Shown: positions 1 through 8,810 of the stretch, piece after piece
Numbering within the stretch: position 1 is the first letter of the stretch
Layout: each line of letters begins with the position of its first letter
Assembly: GCA_963729625.1 (NCBI GenBank)
Contig: CAVSOU010000010.1
Span: 992,001 to 1,056,000, forward strand
Length of the DNA stretch: 64,000 nt
Source of the DNA: an uncultured bacterium
GTDB taxonomy: Bacteria; Chloroflexota; UBA5177; JANWHV01
Direction of reading: 5' to 3'
Made by a program: the position numbers and the translations under genes
Notes under the pieces: model-generated
The model's database searches: none
What the model was told of the DNA's origin: nothing
The model's input: the letters and a program-made list of their open reading frames with translations, nothing else

Positions 1-435
1 TACTCGATGCCAACCTGGCAAAAGGGAAACGGTGTGTTGAACGCACAGCTGAACCCCAAGAACATGCGCGAGGTACCCGACGTCTCCGCGGATGCGGACG
101 TGGCCAGCGGCGCGGCCACCTATTATGGCGATAGCAGCGGCGGCCACTGGGACGAGGGAGGCGGTACGAGCCAGTCGGCGCCGATCTGGGCTGCCATGAC
201 CGTGCTCATCAATCAGTATCTGCAGAAACAGGGTCTTCGTCCCGCAGGGTTTCTGAATCCCGCGTTGTACCAGATAGCGGCCAGTGATCCCAACGCCTTC
301 CACGACGTTACCGTTGGCACGAACCTGTACTATCCGGCGACGCCGGGCTATGACATGGCTACCGGTCTGGGCACGCCAAACGCGTGGAACCTGGCCCAGG
401 ACCTGGCAGCATACCAGCGGAGTGGCGGGCAGTGA
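1..435 (+). CDS. S53 family (sedolisin/kumamolisin-like) serine peptidase, C-terminal part; 5' end lies outside the window
   Basis: R-x-VPDVSADAD, catalytic-Ser motif GGTSQSAPIWAA, GFLNPALY, FHDVTVGTN and the Ca-binding tail GYDMATGLGTP; the frame is open from base 1. Confidence 0.9.
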   Translation, partial: YSMPTWQKGNGVLNAQLNPKNMREVPDVSADADVASGAATYYGDSSGGHWDEGGGTSQSAPIWAAMTVLINQYLQKQGLRPAGFLNPALYQIAASDPNAFHDVTVGTNLYYPATPGYDMATGLGTPNAWNLAQDLAAYQRSGGQ

Positions 436-1595
436 GCGAGCAAATGTACCAGAGCAACGTGCCAAGAGTCACGTGCCCAAACTGCAGCAGATCAGTTCCC
501 GACGGCGAATTCTGCGGCGCGTGTGGTGCGCACCTCGGAAGCGAGTTTCTTCGGGCCACCCACCGTCCTCACTCGTACGCCGCCAACCCAAACGAGCATG
601 TGGTGCATTTGAGCGTCGTGTCGACGCTCTTCCCGCACCTGCCCCATCGCCACACGGTACCGTTTGAGGTTGGCGTGGGAGTGACCGCCATTCTGCTCAC
701 TCTGCTTGGCCTGCTGCGCCAGACCGGCCCAAGCATTGCGGTAGCCGCGGTAGCGATCCCTTTGCTGTATCTGCTCTACCTCTACGAAGTGGAGGTGTAT
801 GAAGACGAGCCCGTCATTGTCATTGGCCTGACGATGGTCGCGGGAGTGGCGATTGGGATTCCTTGGGCGAAGTTCACCGGACCGATCATCACGAGGCTAC
901 TGCTCGAAAACACGACGTTTGGGGTCGTTCCCGGTCGTCTGCTGCTGGGCGCGGCTGTGCTGCCGCTCGTCGCGCAACTCTTGATGTTGTTGGGGACGAT
1001 AGCGCTGTATTTCAGGCGGCGATACGACGAGACCCTCGACGGTTTCACCTTCGGCGCTGCCGGCGCGCTCGGCTTCACCATGTCGAGCACCGTTGTCAAT
1101 CTTTGGCCTGAACTACGGCATGGCACTACCTCGACGGCGCCGGTCACGACGAACGTGCTGGACGTTCTGCAACAGGGGCTGCTCCTTCCCGTGGTGAATG
1201 CCAGCCTCACCGGCCTCATTGCCAGCGCCATATGGTTGAATCGTGGCGCGATCCGACGCTTGCGCTTCCATCGCTGGACCTCGGCGATAGGCACCAGCGT
1301 AGCGATCGCCGTCGTGCTCCGCGTGGCGCTCGGGCTAGTATCGGTGTTGGCAGTCGACCCGATCTACAGCGTCGTCGCGTACGGGTTTGCTGCGGTCGCG
1401 GTGCTCATGTGGGTCCGCGTTGCCCTTCACCATATGCTGCTGAGCGAGGCAGTAGACGTGAGCGTGGGCCCCGATTCGGTCTGTACGCATTGCCACCGGA
1501 TGGTTCCTCGCATGGCATTCTGTCCGCATTGCGGAATCGCCACCCGGGCCACGCCCAAGTCCGGGCATGGTCGAGCAAACCGCACCTTCAGATAG
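432..1595 (+). CDS. PrsW-like multi-pass membrane protein with N- and C-terminal zinc ribbons; catalytic motifs degenerate
   Basis: GTG start overlaps the upstream TGA (GTGA). CPNC...FCGACG at the N-terminus and CTHC...FCPHCG at the C-terminus, about 9-10 hydrophobic segments, and the PrsW-like stretch RYDETLDGFTFGAAGALGF. Confidence 0.75.
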   Translation: MSEQMYQSNVPRVTCPNCSRSVPDGEFCGACGAHLGSEFLRATHRPHSYAANPNEHVVHLSVVSTLFPHLPHRHTVPFEVGVGVTAILLTLLGLLRQTGPSIAVAAVAIPLLYLLYLYEVEVYEDEPVIVIGLTMVAGVAIGIPWAKFTGPIITRLLLENTTFGVVPGRLLLGAAVLPLVAQLLMLLGTIALYFRRRYDETLDGFTFGAAGALGFTMSSTVVNLWPELRHGTTSTAPVTTNVLDVLQQGLLLPVVNASLTGLIASAIWLNRGAIRRLRFHRWTSAIGTSVAIAVVLRVALGLVSVLAVDPIYSVVAYGFAAVAVLMWVRVALHHMLLSEAVDVSVGPDSVCTHCHRMVPRMAFCPHCGIATRATPKSGHGRANRTFR

Positions 1596-1608
1596 GAGAG
1601 CGCCATAC

Positions 1609-2793
1609 ATGCCGACAATCAACTGTAGCAAGTGCGGCGCTTCGAACGATTCGAGCGTCCCCTTCTGTGGACATTGCGGAGCGCCGCTGCAAGCTGCCCC
1701 GGCGCCCGTCCCAGAGACGGTGTCGTCGATGAGCTGCCCGCGATGCGGGCTCGCCAACCAGCCAGGAGTACGATTCTGCGGGCACTGCGGCGCGTCGTTG
1801 CAAGCATCGCCGGCACCCCTCCAGGAGCCGGCTCCGCCGACTAACTGCCCTCGATGCGGGTTCGCCAACCAGACTGGGGTGCGATTCTGCGGGCACTGCG
1901 GCGCGCCGCTTCAGTCCGCCACAGTGTCACCTCCCGAACCAGCGCCACCAGCGGGGGCTGCACCGTGCCCGCGTTGTGGTGCGGCCAACCAGACCGGAGT
2001 ACGGTTCTGCGGTCGCTGCGGCCAACCGCTTTCCATGCCGGTAACGCCTGCTCAGGGCCAAGCCATCGCGGCCTTCCCCCACCGACTTGGCACCAGAGCG
2101 GAAATCGCTGCGGCAATGCCCCGCAAGACTGGGTACCGGCAGCCGGTTTGGCCGATTCTTGTGGCCGTGATTGGGCTGCTTATGGCCGGGCTCGCGTTTG
2201 GCGCTCGCGAGCTCGAAGCAACGCCCACGCCACCCTGCGGCACGCGCTGCACGCCGGCGCCCCCGCCGATTGGTCCGCCCCTGCCGGCAGCCCATACGTA
2301 TACCAGCTCCGCGCTCGGCTTTTCAGTGGAGTACACCGACAGCGTGGTCCAGAACCTTGGCGCGCCGATCACGGACGACCATTCCCTGGGCTGGAGCGTG
2401 ACCCTGCAAAATGGCGACGCAATCCTGGTCAAGTTCCAGGGAGAAGCTGCCGGAGGACGCTCGGCGCAGCAGGTTGTGACGGCCTTACAGCAGAGTCTCA
2501 TACCCGGCGCCACACTCGTGTTCCAGATTCCTGACGCTGAGCTCGGGTACACCGAAGGATACGGCGCGGTGTACGACATCACTGTTTCGCCCCAGGGAGG
2601 CCAGCAGGTCGACGAACACTTCGTCATCGAAGCCTCGGTCAACAACGACGTCGCGGTCGAGCTGATAGGGTCGAGTGCCTTCACGCCGGACAAGAATGGT
2701 CACCCAAGCCCTGCCCAACTCGAGCCGGCGGTCGAACAGCTGTCCGATATCTTCGGAAACACCGTGATCTGGAAAGGCCAGTCGCCAAAGTAG
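1609..2793 (+). CDS. Membrane protein with four tandem zinc ribbons (double-zinc-ribbon type), one TM helix and a C-terminal extracytoplasmic domain
   Basis: AGGAG SD before ATG 1609; four CxxCGxxN-x4-FCGxCG units; TM segment WPILVAVIGLLMAGLAFGA. Confidence 0.85.
   Translation: MPTINCSKCGASNDSSVPFCGHCGAPLQAAPAPVPETVSSMSCPRCGLANQPGVRFCGHCGASLQASPAPLQEPAPPTNCPRCGFANQTGVRFCGHCGAPLQSATVSPPEPAPPAGAAPCPRCGAANQTGVRFCGRCGQPLSMPVTPAQGQAIAAFPHRLGTRAEIAAAMPRKTGYRQPVWPILVAVIGLLMAGLAFGARELEATPTPPCGTRCTPAPPPIGPPLPAAHTYTSSALGFSVEYTDSVVQNLGAPITDDHSLGWSVTLQNGDAILVKFQGEAAGGRSAQQVVTALQQSLIPGATLVFQIPDAELGYTEGYGAVYDITVSPQGGQQVDEHFVIEASVNNDVAVELIGSSAFTPDKNGHPSPAQLEPAVEQLSDIFGNTVIWKGQSPK
1624..2030 (+). repeat. 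Four intragenic ~65-bp zinc-ribbon-coding repeats
   Basis: Units start at about 1624, 1735, 1846 and 1966; copies 2-4 share tgcccNcgNtgYggNNNNgccaaccagNCNggNgtNcgNttctgcgg. Confidence 0.8.
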
Positions 2794-2815
2794 GCATGTG
2801 AGAGGGTGATGTCGT

Positions 2816-4063
2816 ATGTGCCCACGTTGTGGTGCCCAGAACCCTGAAGGATCGCTGTTTTGTCAGAACTGCGGCGCCCCATTGGCGGGCGGGCAGGCCG
2901 GTCCGCCGCCGCGGCACGACGTATTGCCGCCACCGGGCATCATCCAGCCGCCGGGTGCGCCGCCGCCACCGCCGGCAGGATCGCCGATTCCGGTGGGGGG
3001 CGTCCCCGCGGGAGGATTCCCACCACCGGGATACTCACCCTATCAGAGTCCGTATTATGTGCCGGTCGGGCCACCCGGAGCGCCGGTTCATCGGTTGCCG
3101 TGGTTCAGCATAATAGGCTTGGCACTTGGCGTCCTCGGCATCGTTGCGCTTGGCGCAACATTGCTTCTGCGGTCCAACGTACCGACAGTGCGGTCGCTCA
3201 GCCCGTTGCCTACCGCGACGGCGGTTCCCACCACGCGACCGCAGGAGACGTCGACCGCTGTCCCGACGAACACGTCCGTACCGACATCAATCCCGACCGG
3301 TACGGCTATGCCAACATCGGGCGCGACAGTCACGGCGGCGCCTACTTCCGTACCTGCCGAGACTGACACGCCCGCGTCGAGCTCCAGTCCGGCGGCAACC
3401 GACACCCTGGCCGCTACGGTCGAAGCGCCCACCGCTACGGCGGTCGTGACGGATACCCCCGCCGTACCGGAGGCCACCGCGACGACAGCAAAGCTGCAAA
3501 AGCCGGCCACGTCAAAGACGCCAACAGGTTTGCATATTCCCGCACCGACGCCCGTGCCCACGAAAGCGGCGCACACCGCCACGACGGCGTGCCGCATTAC
3601 AGCGGGCAAGGTCGTGGCGACGAACACGTTCTGCGTTGCCTTGCTCCAGGGATGGAGCGTGCTGCAAAAGGAAAACGTCGACATCATTCTCAAGGACGAC
3701 ACTGGGGGCGGGGGCTTCGGAACCCTCTACATTAACTCGGGAACCTTGAAGACACCCACCACTGCTCAGGAGTGGCTCCAGCAGGTGATCGCGGGCTATC
3801 AGAAACAGTACCCCGATGTGAAGGAATGCGGCACCGCCGCACAATTCACCGTAGGTAGCGTCACAGGCACCGGCATCCCGATATGCTACAGTGAAACCCC
3901 GCAAGGCGGCGCCGCGTTTCCGGCGGTATCGGAGCTGTGGGCTGCCACGAACGGGGGCGGAACGACGGTCTATTCGTTTGGAATGAACGCCGCAGCGAGC
4001 GACGCGAAGATGCTAGATAACACGAGCAAGCTGCTGGAATCCTTGCAGTGGTACCTGCCCTGA
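2816..4063 (+). CDS. Zinc-ribbon, Pro-rich, single-TM membrane protein with a Thr/Pro-rich stalk and C-terminal globular domain
   Basis: CPRCGAQN...FCQNCG, poly-Pro region, TM WFSIIGLALGVLGIVALGATLLL, long PT/TAT linker. Confidence 0.8.
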   Translation: MCPRCGAQNPEGSLFCQNCGAPLAGGQAGPPPRHDVLPPPGIIQPPGAPPPPPAGSPIPVGGVPAGGFPPPGYSPYQSPYYVPVGPPGAPVHRLPWFSIIGLALGVLGIVALGATLLLRSNVPTVRSLSPLPTATAVPTTRPQETSTAVPTNTSVPTSIPTGTAMPTSGATVTAAPTSVPAETDTPASSSSPAATDTLAATVEAPTATAVVTDTPAVPEATATTAKLQKPATSKTPTGLHIPAPTPVPTKAAHTATTACRITAGKVVATNTFCVALLQGWSVLQKENVDIILKDDTGGGGFGTLYINSGTLKTPTTAQEWLQQVIAGYQKQYPDVKECGTAAQFTVGSVTGTGIPICYSETPQGGAAFPAVSELWAATNGGGTTVYSFGMNAAASDAKMLDNTSKLLESLQWYLP

Positions 4064-5691
4064 ACACAACTGGAACCATCGCATACCGCCTGCGGATTGG
4101 CGTAACCGGCCATCGGTGCCTGCCAACGGACGACGCATTCGTGGCGCGCGTGAGCGAAGCCCTGGATAGAGTCAGGCGGATGGCGCCGCCGCGGCCGGCC
4201 ACGCCAGTGTATCTGGCGGTTTGCTCCGCTCTGGCCGAGGGCGCAGACAGATTGGTGGCCTCACTCGTGCTCGAGGATCGGCATGCCTGCCTGGAGGTGG
4301 TGCTCCCAATGCCGATCGCGGCGTATAAGTCGGACTTCCAGACCGAGGAGTCCAATCGAGCGTTCGACCAGCTCATGGAGCGAGCGACGCGGGTCGTGGA
4401 GCTGCCGGCGGCGGAGACGCGCGACGAAGCGTACGAGCAAGCCGGTCGATACGTGGTCGAGCGATGCGACGTATTGATTGCCCTTTGGGATGGCAATCCG
4501 GCGCGCGGTCAGGGCGGCACTGCCGACGTAGTCGAGTGGGCACGGGATCGGCAAATACCGCTACTCTGGGTGCACACGGTTGCTCCGTACGCGCTGACTG
4601 TCGATCGGCGCGCCGCAATGTCGACGGCATCGTACGAGGGGCTTGATCGTCACAATCGCGCGCGCCTTCCCCATGAAGAGTTTGAGCGAGACGTGCGGCA
4701 GCACGTAGAGCGCTTCCACACTCAGGCCACGCGTAACGGGCTGGAGCACTCCGCACTGCAGCCATACTGTGACTGGCTTATTCCAACATTCGTGCGGGCG
4801 GACCTGCTGGCGACACGCTACCAGAAGCGGTTCTTTCTGTTTAGCGATGCGATCTTTATCCTGGCAGCGCTTGCCGTGGTGGCCTCTGCCGGCACCGAGC
4901 TCGCCAGCCACGCGCCCTCGTTCGTCAGTGGGCAGATTCTGTCGCGGGTGCGCCCGCTCCCGCTGGTCGAGTTCACGGCGATGCTTCTGGTTTTGGTGGT
5001 GCTGCAGCTCGTGCGGCGCCAGGCATTTCACCGAGACTGGATCTCGCATCGCGTCATGGCTGAACGCCTGCGCTCGGCACTGTTCCTCGCGCTCGTGCGT
5101 CTCGACATAGGAGATGAGCGTGGCGTCGAAAGCGTGAGTCTTCATCAGGCGGCCGATGAATGGTTGGAGCGAGCCTACGAGGAAGTGTGGAACCAACGAC
5201 CTCCGCCCGACACGTCGATTTCAGTCGCTATTCTCAGGCGTTTCCTGGCCAAGGCATGGATTGAGGACCAGGTCAGCTATCAGCGGAAAAAGAGTCATCG
5301 GCACGAGTGGAACCATCAGCTGATCTCGAACATCACTGTGGCGATATTCCTCACCACACTAATCATTGCCGGGATGGATGCGATTGGCGCGATCAGCGAC
5401 AGCGCGCACGACGCGCCGCTGTGGACTACCACGGTGCTGTACCTCTCGGTCACGCTTCCGGCCGTGGCCAGCGCACTCGGCGGTATTGGGGCTCAGCGGG
5501 AGCACACCCGTAACGCGCATCGGAGCGGGCAAATGGCGCGCTATCTTACGAGTCTCGAGCAGCGGATGGAAGTCGCGACCGACCTTCCCACGATTCATAG
5601 CGTGGCGCGACAGGCGGAGGCCGTGATGCTGCAGGAAATCGACGATTGGTTCGTCACGATGGAGTATCGTGACGTCGAGCTTCAGGGCTGA
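4048..5691 (+). CDS. SLOG-superfamily (YpsA-like) nucleotide-binding domain fused to two SLATT-like 2TM modules
   Basis: LRIGVTGHR, SALAEGADRLVA, EVVLPM, YVVERCDVLIALWDG-x6-GGTADVV; then ADLLATRYQ-TM-TM-WISHRVMAERLRS and WIEDQVSY-TM-TM. The start may instead be CTG 4060, overlapping the upstream TGA. Confidence 0.8.
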   Translation: MVPALNTTGTIAYRLRIGVTGHRCLPTDDAFVARVSEALDRVRRMAPPRPATPVYLAVCSALAEGADRLVASLVLEDRHACLEVVLPMPIAAYKSDFQTEESNRAFDQLMERATRVVELPAAETRDEAYEQAGRYVVERCDVLIALWDGNPARGQGGTADVVEWARDRQIPLLWVHTVAPYALTVDRRAAMSTASYEGLDRHNRARLPHEEFERDVRQHVERFHTQATRNGLEHSALQPYCDWLIPTFVRADLLATRYQKRFFLFSDAIFILAALAVVASAGTELASHAPSFVSGQILSRVRPLPLVEFTAMLLVLVVLQLVRRQAFHRDWISHRVMAERLRSALFLALVRLDIGDERGVESVSLHQAADEWLERAYEEVWNQRPPPDTSISVAILRRFLAKAWIEDQVSYQRKKSHRHEWNHQLISNITVAIFLTTLIIAGMDAIGAISDSAHDAPLWTTTVLYLSVTLPAVASALGGIGAQREHTRNAHRSGQMARYLTSLEQRMEVATDLPTIHSVARQAEAVMLQEIDDWFVTMEYRDVELQG

Positions 5692-5693
5692 CC

Positions 5694-6800
5694 GTGCACC
5701 TCCGGTGCCCTTCATGCGGATCATCGAGTGTGCGGCGCGCGCGGTTCTGCACGCGTTGCGGTGCGCCGCTTCCGCCGGCGCCTACCTTGTTGCAGGTGCT
5801 TTGGCACTCCCCAACGGCGATAATCGCCGGGGTTTCAGTCGCTTCCGTGGCCTTGATCGTGGCCGCGGCGGCCGCCAGCGGGCAACTGGGCGGTGCGGAA
5901 GCGCCCACCCCTGGGCCGCCGCTCACGGCCGTATCGAGCGCGGTCCCACAATTGACGGGAACGCCTGTCCCGGGAGCGACTTTCTCGGCGACGTCCGGGC
6001 CTGTTCCTACCTCCGCACCGGGCCAGTCGCCCGGTCCCATCGATACGGCTACTCCCGACAACTCCGGGTCTACTGATGCGGCTCATGTCGTCAGCCTGCA
6101 GGACTCGGTGACGTTTCCCAATCAAGATCCCAACACCACGAGCGATCCGCAGACGATTACGCTGAGCAACGAAGGCGGTACCGCCCAGGCGTTGGGAGCC
6201 CCACAGATAGGAGGCTCGAACCCAGACGCTTTTACCGTCTCCAGCAATGAGTGCGGTTCCAGCATTGAAGCCGTGACGCGATGTGATGTGCTCGTGACAT
6301 TCACTCCGTCCGGCGCGGGCGGCTACAGCGCGGAGCTGGACATAGTCGACGAACAAGGCAACACCGTGGTCTCCGTCGCGCTTGGTGGAGCCGGTGGAGG
6401 CGCTGCGGAAGATGTGTCCGTCACGGCGTACAGTCTTGACTTTGGCAGCATCAATATCGGAACGTCGACGTCACAGTCTTTCAGCGTCGACAATAATGGC
6501 ACAGCTGCCGTTACCATCAGCGCGGCCCAAAGCGGCGACTCGGCCTTTGAGCTATCCGATGAATGCTCCGGGAGCCTTGCCGCCGGTACAAGCTGCAGCG
6601 AGCAGGTCTCGTTTAGCCCGTCCGACTCGACGAGCTACTCGGGGTCGATCACGATCAGTGACGACAGCGGCAATGAGCTCGGAACTGTCTCACTCGCGGG
6701 CTCGGGCTACGACCCGAACGCGTCGAGTGCCGTGCATGGAGCGTCCACAGGGGCCGTGCCCCATGCGTCTGGCCCAAGCTCTCCGACGGCTGTGCATTGA
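5694..6800 (+). CDS. Zinc ribbon + TM + two choice-of-anchor-D/ASH-type Ig-like domains
   Basis: CPSC...FCTRCG; TM IIAGVSVASVALIVAAAAA; two modules of the form F-x(n)-TITLSNxG...F-x-x-S-x-x-C...C-x-x-x-VxFxP...Y-S-x-x-L-x-I...VxLxG. Confidence 0.75.
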   Translation: MHLRCPSCGSSSVRRARFCTRCGAPLPPAPTLLQVLWHSPTAIIAGVSVASVALIVAAAAASGQLGGAEAPTPGPPLTAVSSAVPQLTGTPVPGATFSATSGPVPTSAPGQSPGPIDTATPDNSGSTDAAHVVSLQDSVTFPNQDPNTTSDPQTITLSNEGGTAQALGAPQIGGSNPDAFTVSSNECGSSIEAVTRCDVLVTFTPSGAGGYSAELDIVDEQGNTVVSVALGGAGGGAAEDVSVTAYSLDFGSINIGTSTSQSFSVDNNGTAAVTISAAQSGDSAFELSDECSGSLAAGTSCSEQVSFSPSDSTSYSGSITISDDSGNELGTVSLAGSGYDPNASSAVHGASTGAVPHASGPSSPTAVH

Positions 6801-7104
6801 TGGGGCACGTGACGGGAAACACATGCTCGACCTGTGACGAGATCGCCGGATAGTCGCGACCGCGGGTTGCTGGCAGTCGTTCCGCCCGCACCGGGCGCCT
6901 CCTTGCGGCCCTCGCGGCTCACTTCGCGCCGTGCAAACCACGCTCCCGAACCCATCTGGCCCACCGTGACGCCCGAGGCAGCCCTGTGCAAGCGGCACTG
7001 CGCAGCGTACTCATTTCTGGCTCGAGGATCGTCGGGGGTGCCAGAGCGGCCGAAGATGCTTTGAACGAACTGTGGCTATTATTCGATGCCATCGCCATGA
7101 CAGG

Positions 7105-7140
7105 TGCTATAATAGTGAGGATATTATACGTAGCATATCC
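7105..7140 (+). promoter_or_regulatory. Extended -10 promoter (TGcTATAAT) followed by an imperfect 22-bp palindrome
   Basis: TGCTATAAT at 7105-7113; GGATATTATAC|GTAGCATATCC at 7119-7140 (9 of 11 positions pair); AT-rich patch upstream of the kinase gene. Confidence 0.55.
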
Positions 7141-7208
7141 GTCCTGGAACGAGACGCTCGCACCAGTGGCTCAAGTGGCAAGATCCTTACAAAGTGAGGG
7201 AGGTCATC

Positions 7209-8795
7209 ATGCCCAGGCCCGCTGCACCGGCCGACGCGATGGTGAGCGTTGGACTCCAAACTGACGCGACGTTTCTCATCGCCGATGTCGCGGCGCTTAC
7301 GGGCGTTGCACCACCGCAGCTCCGCTCCTGGGAGCAGGCCGGCATCCTCCATCCACGACGTTCGCCGAGCGCCACGCGATTATATGCCGTCGAAGACGTG
7401 GCGCGAGTGCGCCTCTTCAAGCGGTCGCTGCTGAACCCCGGGCGGCGAGGCAGCCTGCGCCGAATCGCGCAGGGTCTTGCCGCAGGCACCTTGGTCCCCG
7501 CGCCGGAGGATTACGCTGGGCTCCGCGAGGCGGGCACGCCCCCGATCATGAGCGATGCGGCGTACTGGCAAGCAGTGGTCGAGTCGATGGACGAGCTGGT
7601 CGTCGTCTGCAACAATTCCGGCGGCCTGACCTCGATCAACCCGGCGCTGCGCGCCTTGCTCGACCTGGAGACCGAGACGAGCAATGCCGAACTGCCTGGG
7701 CGGTCGCTTGACGGCGGGTCGCTGCCGGCCGTCTTGGAGGCACTGCCCTTGCGGTGGTCGGCGGTGACGGGTACGCAGCACCGGGATGTGCTCTTGACGC
7801 TCCTCGACCCGACGGATGCGATGGTGCAGACCGCGTGGACGGTGACACCGCTCCGCGACGAGAACGGCGCGGCGATTGGCGCCGTGGCTGTGGGGCGTAT
7901 TGTCCCGCCGGTGACCTCGCTGCTGCCCGAGGACTGGCTGGCCGTTGCCGCACATGACCTCCGCAATCCGGTCACCGCCGTCCTCGGGCGGCTGCAATTG
8001 GCTCGTCTGCTGAGCTCCTCCATGGCCGAAAGAGATAGGGCGGCACAGCAGCTCGATCACCATCTTGCCGTGGCAGAGAGCAGCATGGAGAACCTGATAC
8101 GCGTGATGGAGACCGTGCTCGACGCGTCCGAGGCCGCCAAAGGCACGCTCATTCACCATCTCGAGCCGGAAGGCGTGAATCTTTCCCAGTTGGCGATGCA
8201 GGCAGTCGAGCACGCGCAACTGCAGACATCCCGCCACAGCGTGACACTGAGCGTGCCTCCGGCGCCCCTGATCGTCGCCGGCGATCGCATCAGGCTGCGT
8301 CAGGTGCTCGATAATCTGTTGGCCAACGCGATCAAGTATTCGCCGGAGGGCGGCCCAATTACTGTTGCGCTGGAGACCGCTGCGGCGCCAACCAGCGCGC
8401 TGTCGACGCCCGATGCGCAGAGCGAAGTGCGGGTAGATAGGGCGGCAGACTGGGTGGCCGTGCGCATCGCGGATACCGGCATGGGCATTCCACAGGCCGC
8501 CCTACCCCACGTGTTCGAGCGATATTGGCGGGTGACCAGCTCTGGGCAGGGCATCCGCGGCGCTGGCCTGGGCCTGTATGTTTGCCGGGCCATCGTGGCA
8601 GCACATGGCGGCCACATCTGGGTCGAGCGAAGCGTGTCCGTCGCCGAGTCAGCGACGTCGGCGGACGGGTGGCATGGCGCCGTGCTGGCACTCGTGTTTC
8701 CGCTTGCTAACGCGCCCACACGCGCGGATCTGCCAAGCAAGCTCGACGGAAACGATAGGCTCACCACCGAGGATGCCAGGATAGTCTCGCAGTAG
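7209..8795 (+). CDS. Cytoplasmic sensor histidine kinase with N-terminal MerR-type HTH and PAS domain
   Basis: GGAGGT SD; MerR HTH IADVAALTGVAPPQLRSWEQAGILHPRRSPSATRLY; PAS-like VVESMDELVVVCN...INPA; H-box AHDLRNP, N-box QVLDNLLANAIKYS, DTGMGI, GAGLGL; no TM segment. Confidence 0.9.
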   Translation: MPRPAAPADAMVSVGLQTDATFLIADVAALTGVAPPQLRSWEQAGILHPRRSPSATRLYAVEDVARVRLFKRSLLNPGRRGSLRRIAQGLAAGTLVPAPEDYAGLREAGTPPIMSDAAYWQAVVESMDELVVVCNNSGGLTSINPALRALLDLETETSNAELPGRSLDGGSLPAVLEALPLRWSAVTGTQHRDVLLTLLDPTDAMVQTAWTVTPLRDENGAAIGAVAVGRIVPPVTSLLPEDWLAVAAHDLRNPVTAVLGRLQLARLLSSSMAERDRAAQQLDHHLAVAESSMENLIRVMETVLDASEAAKGTLIHHLEPEGVNLSQLAMQAVEHAQLQTSRHSVTLSVPPAPLIVAGDRIRLRQVLDNLLANAIKYSPEGGPITVALETAAAPTSALSTPDAQSEVRVDRAADWVAVRIADTGMGIPQAALPHVFERYWRVTSSGQGIRGAGLGLYVCRAIVAAHGGHIWVERSVSVAESATSADGWHGAVLALVFPLANAPTRADLPSKLDGNDRLTTEDARIVSQ

Positions 8796-8810
8796 AAGGG
8801 AGCGATACGC

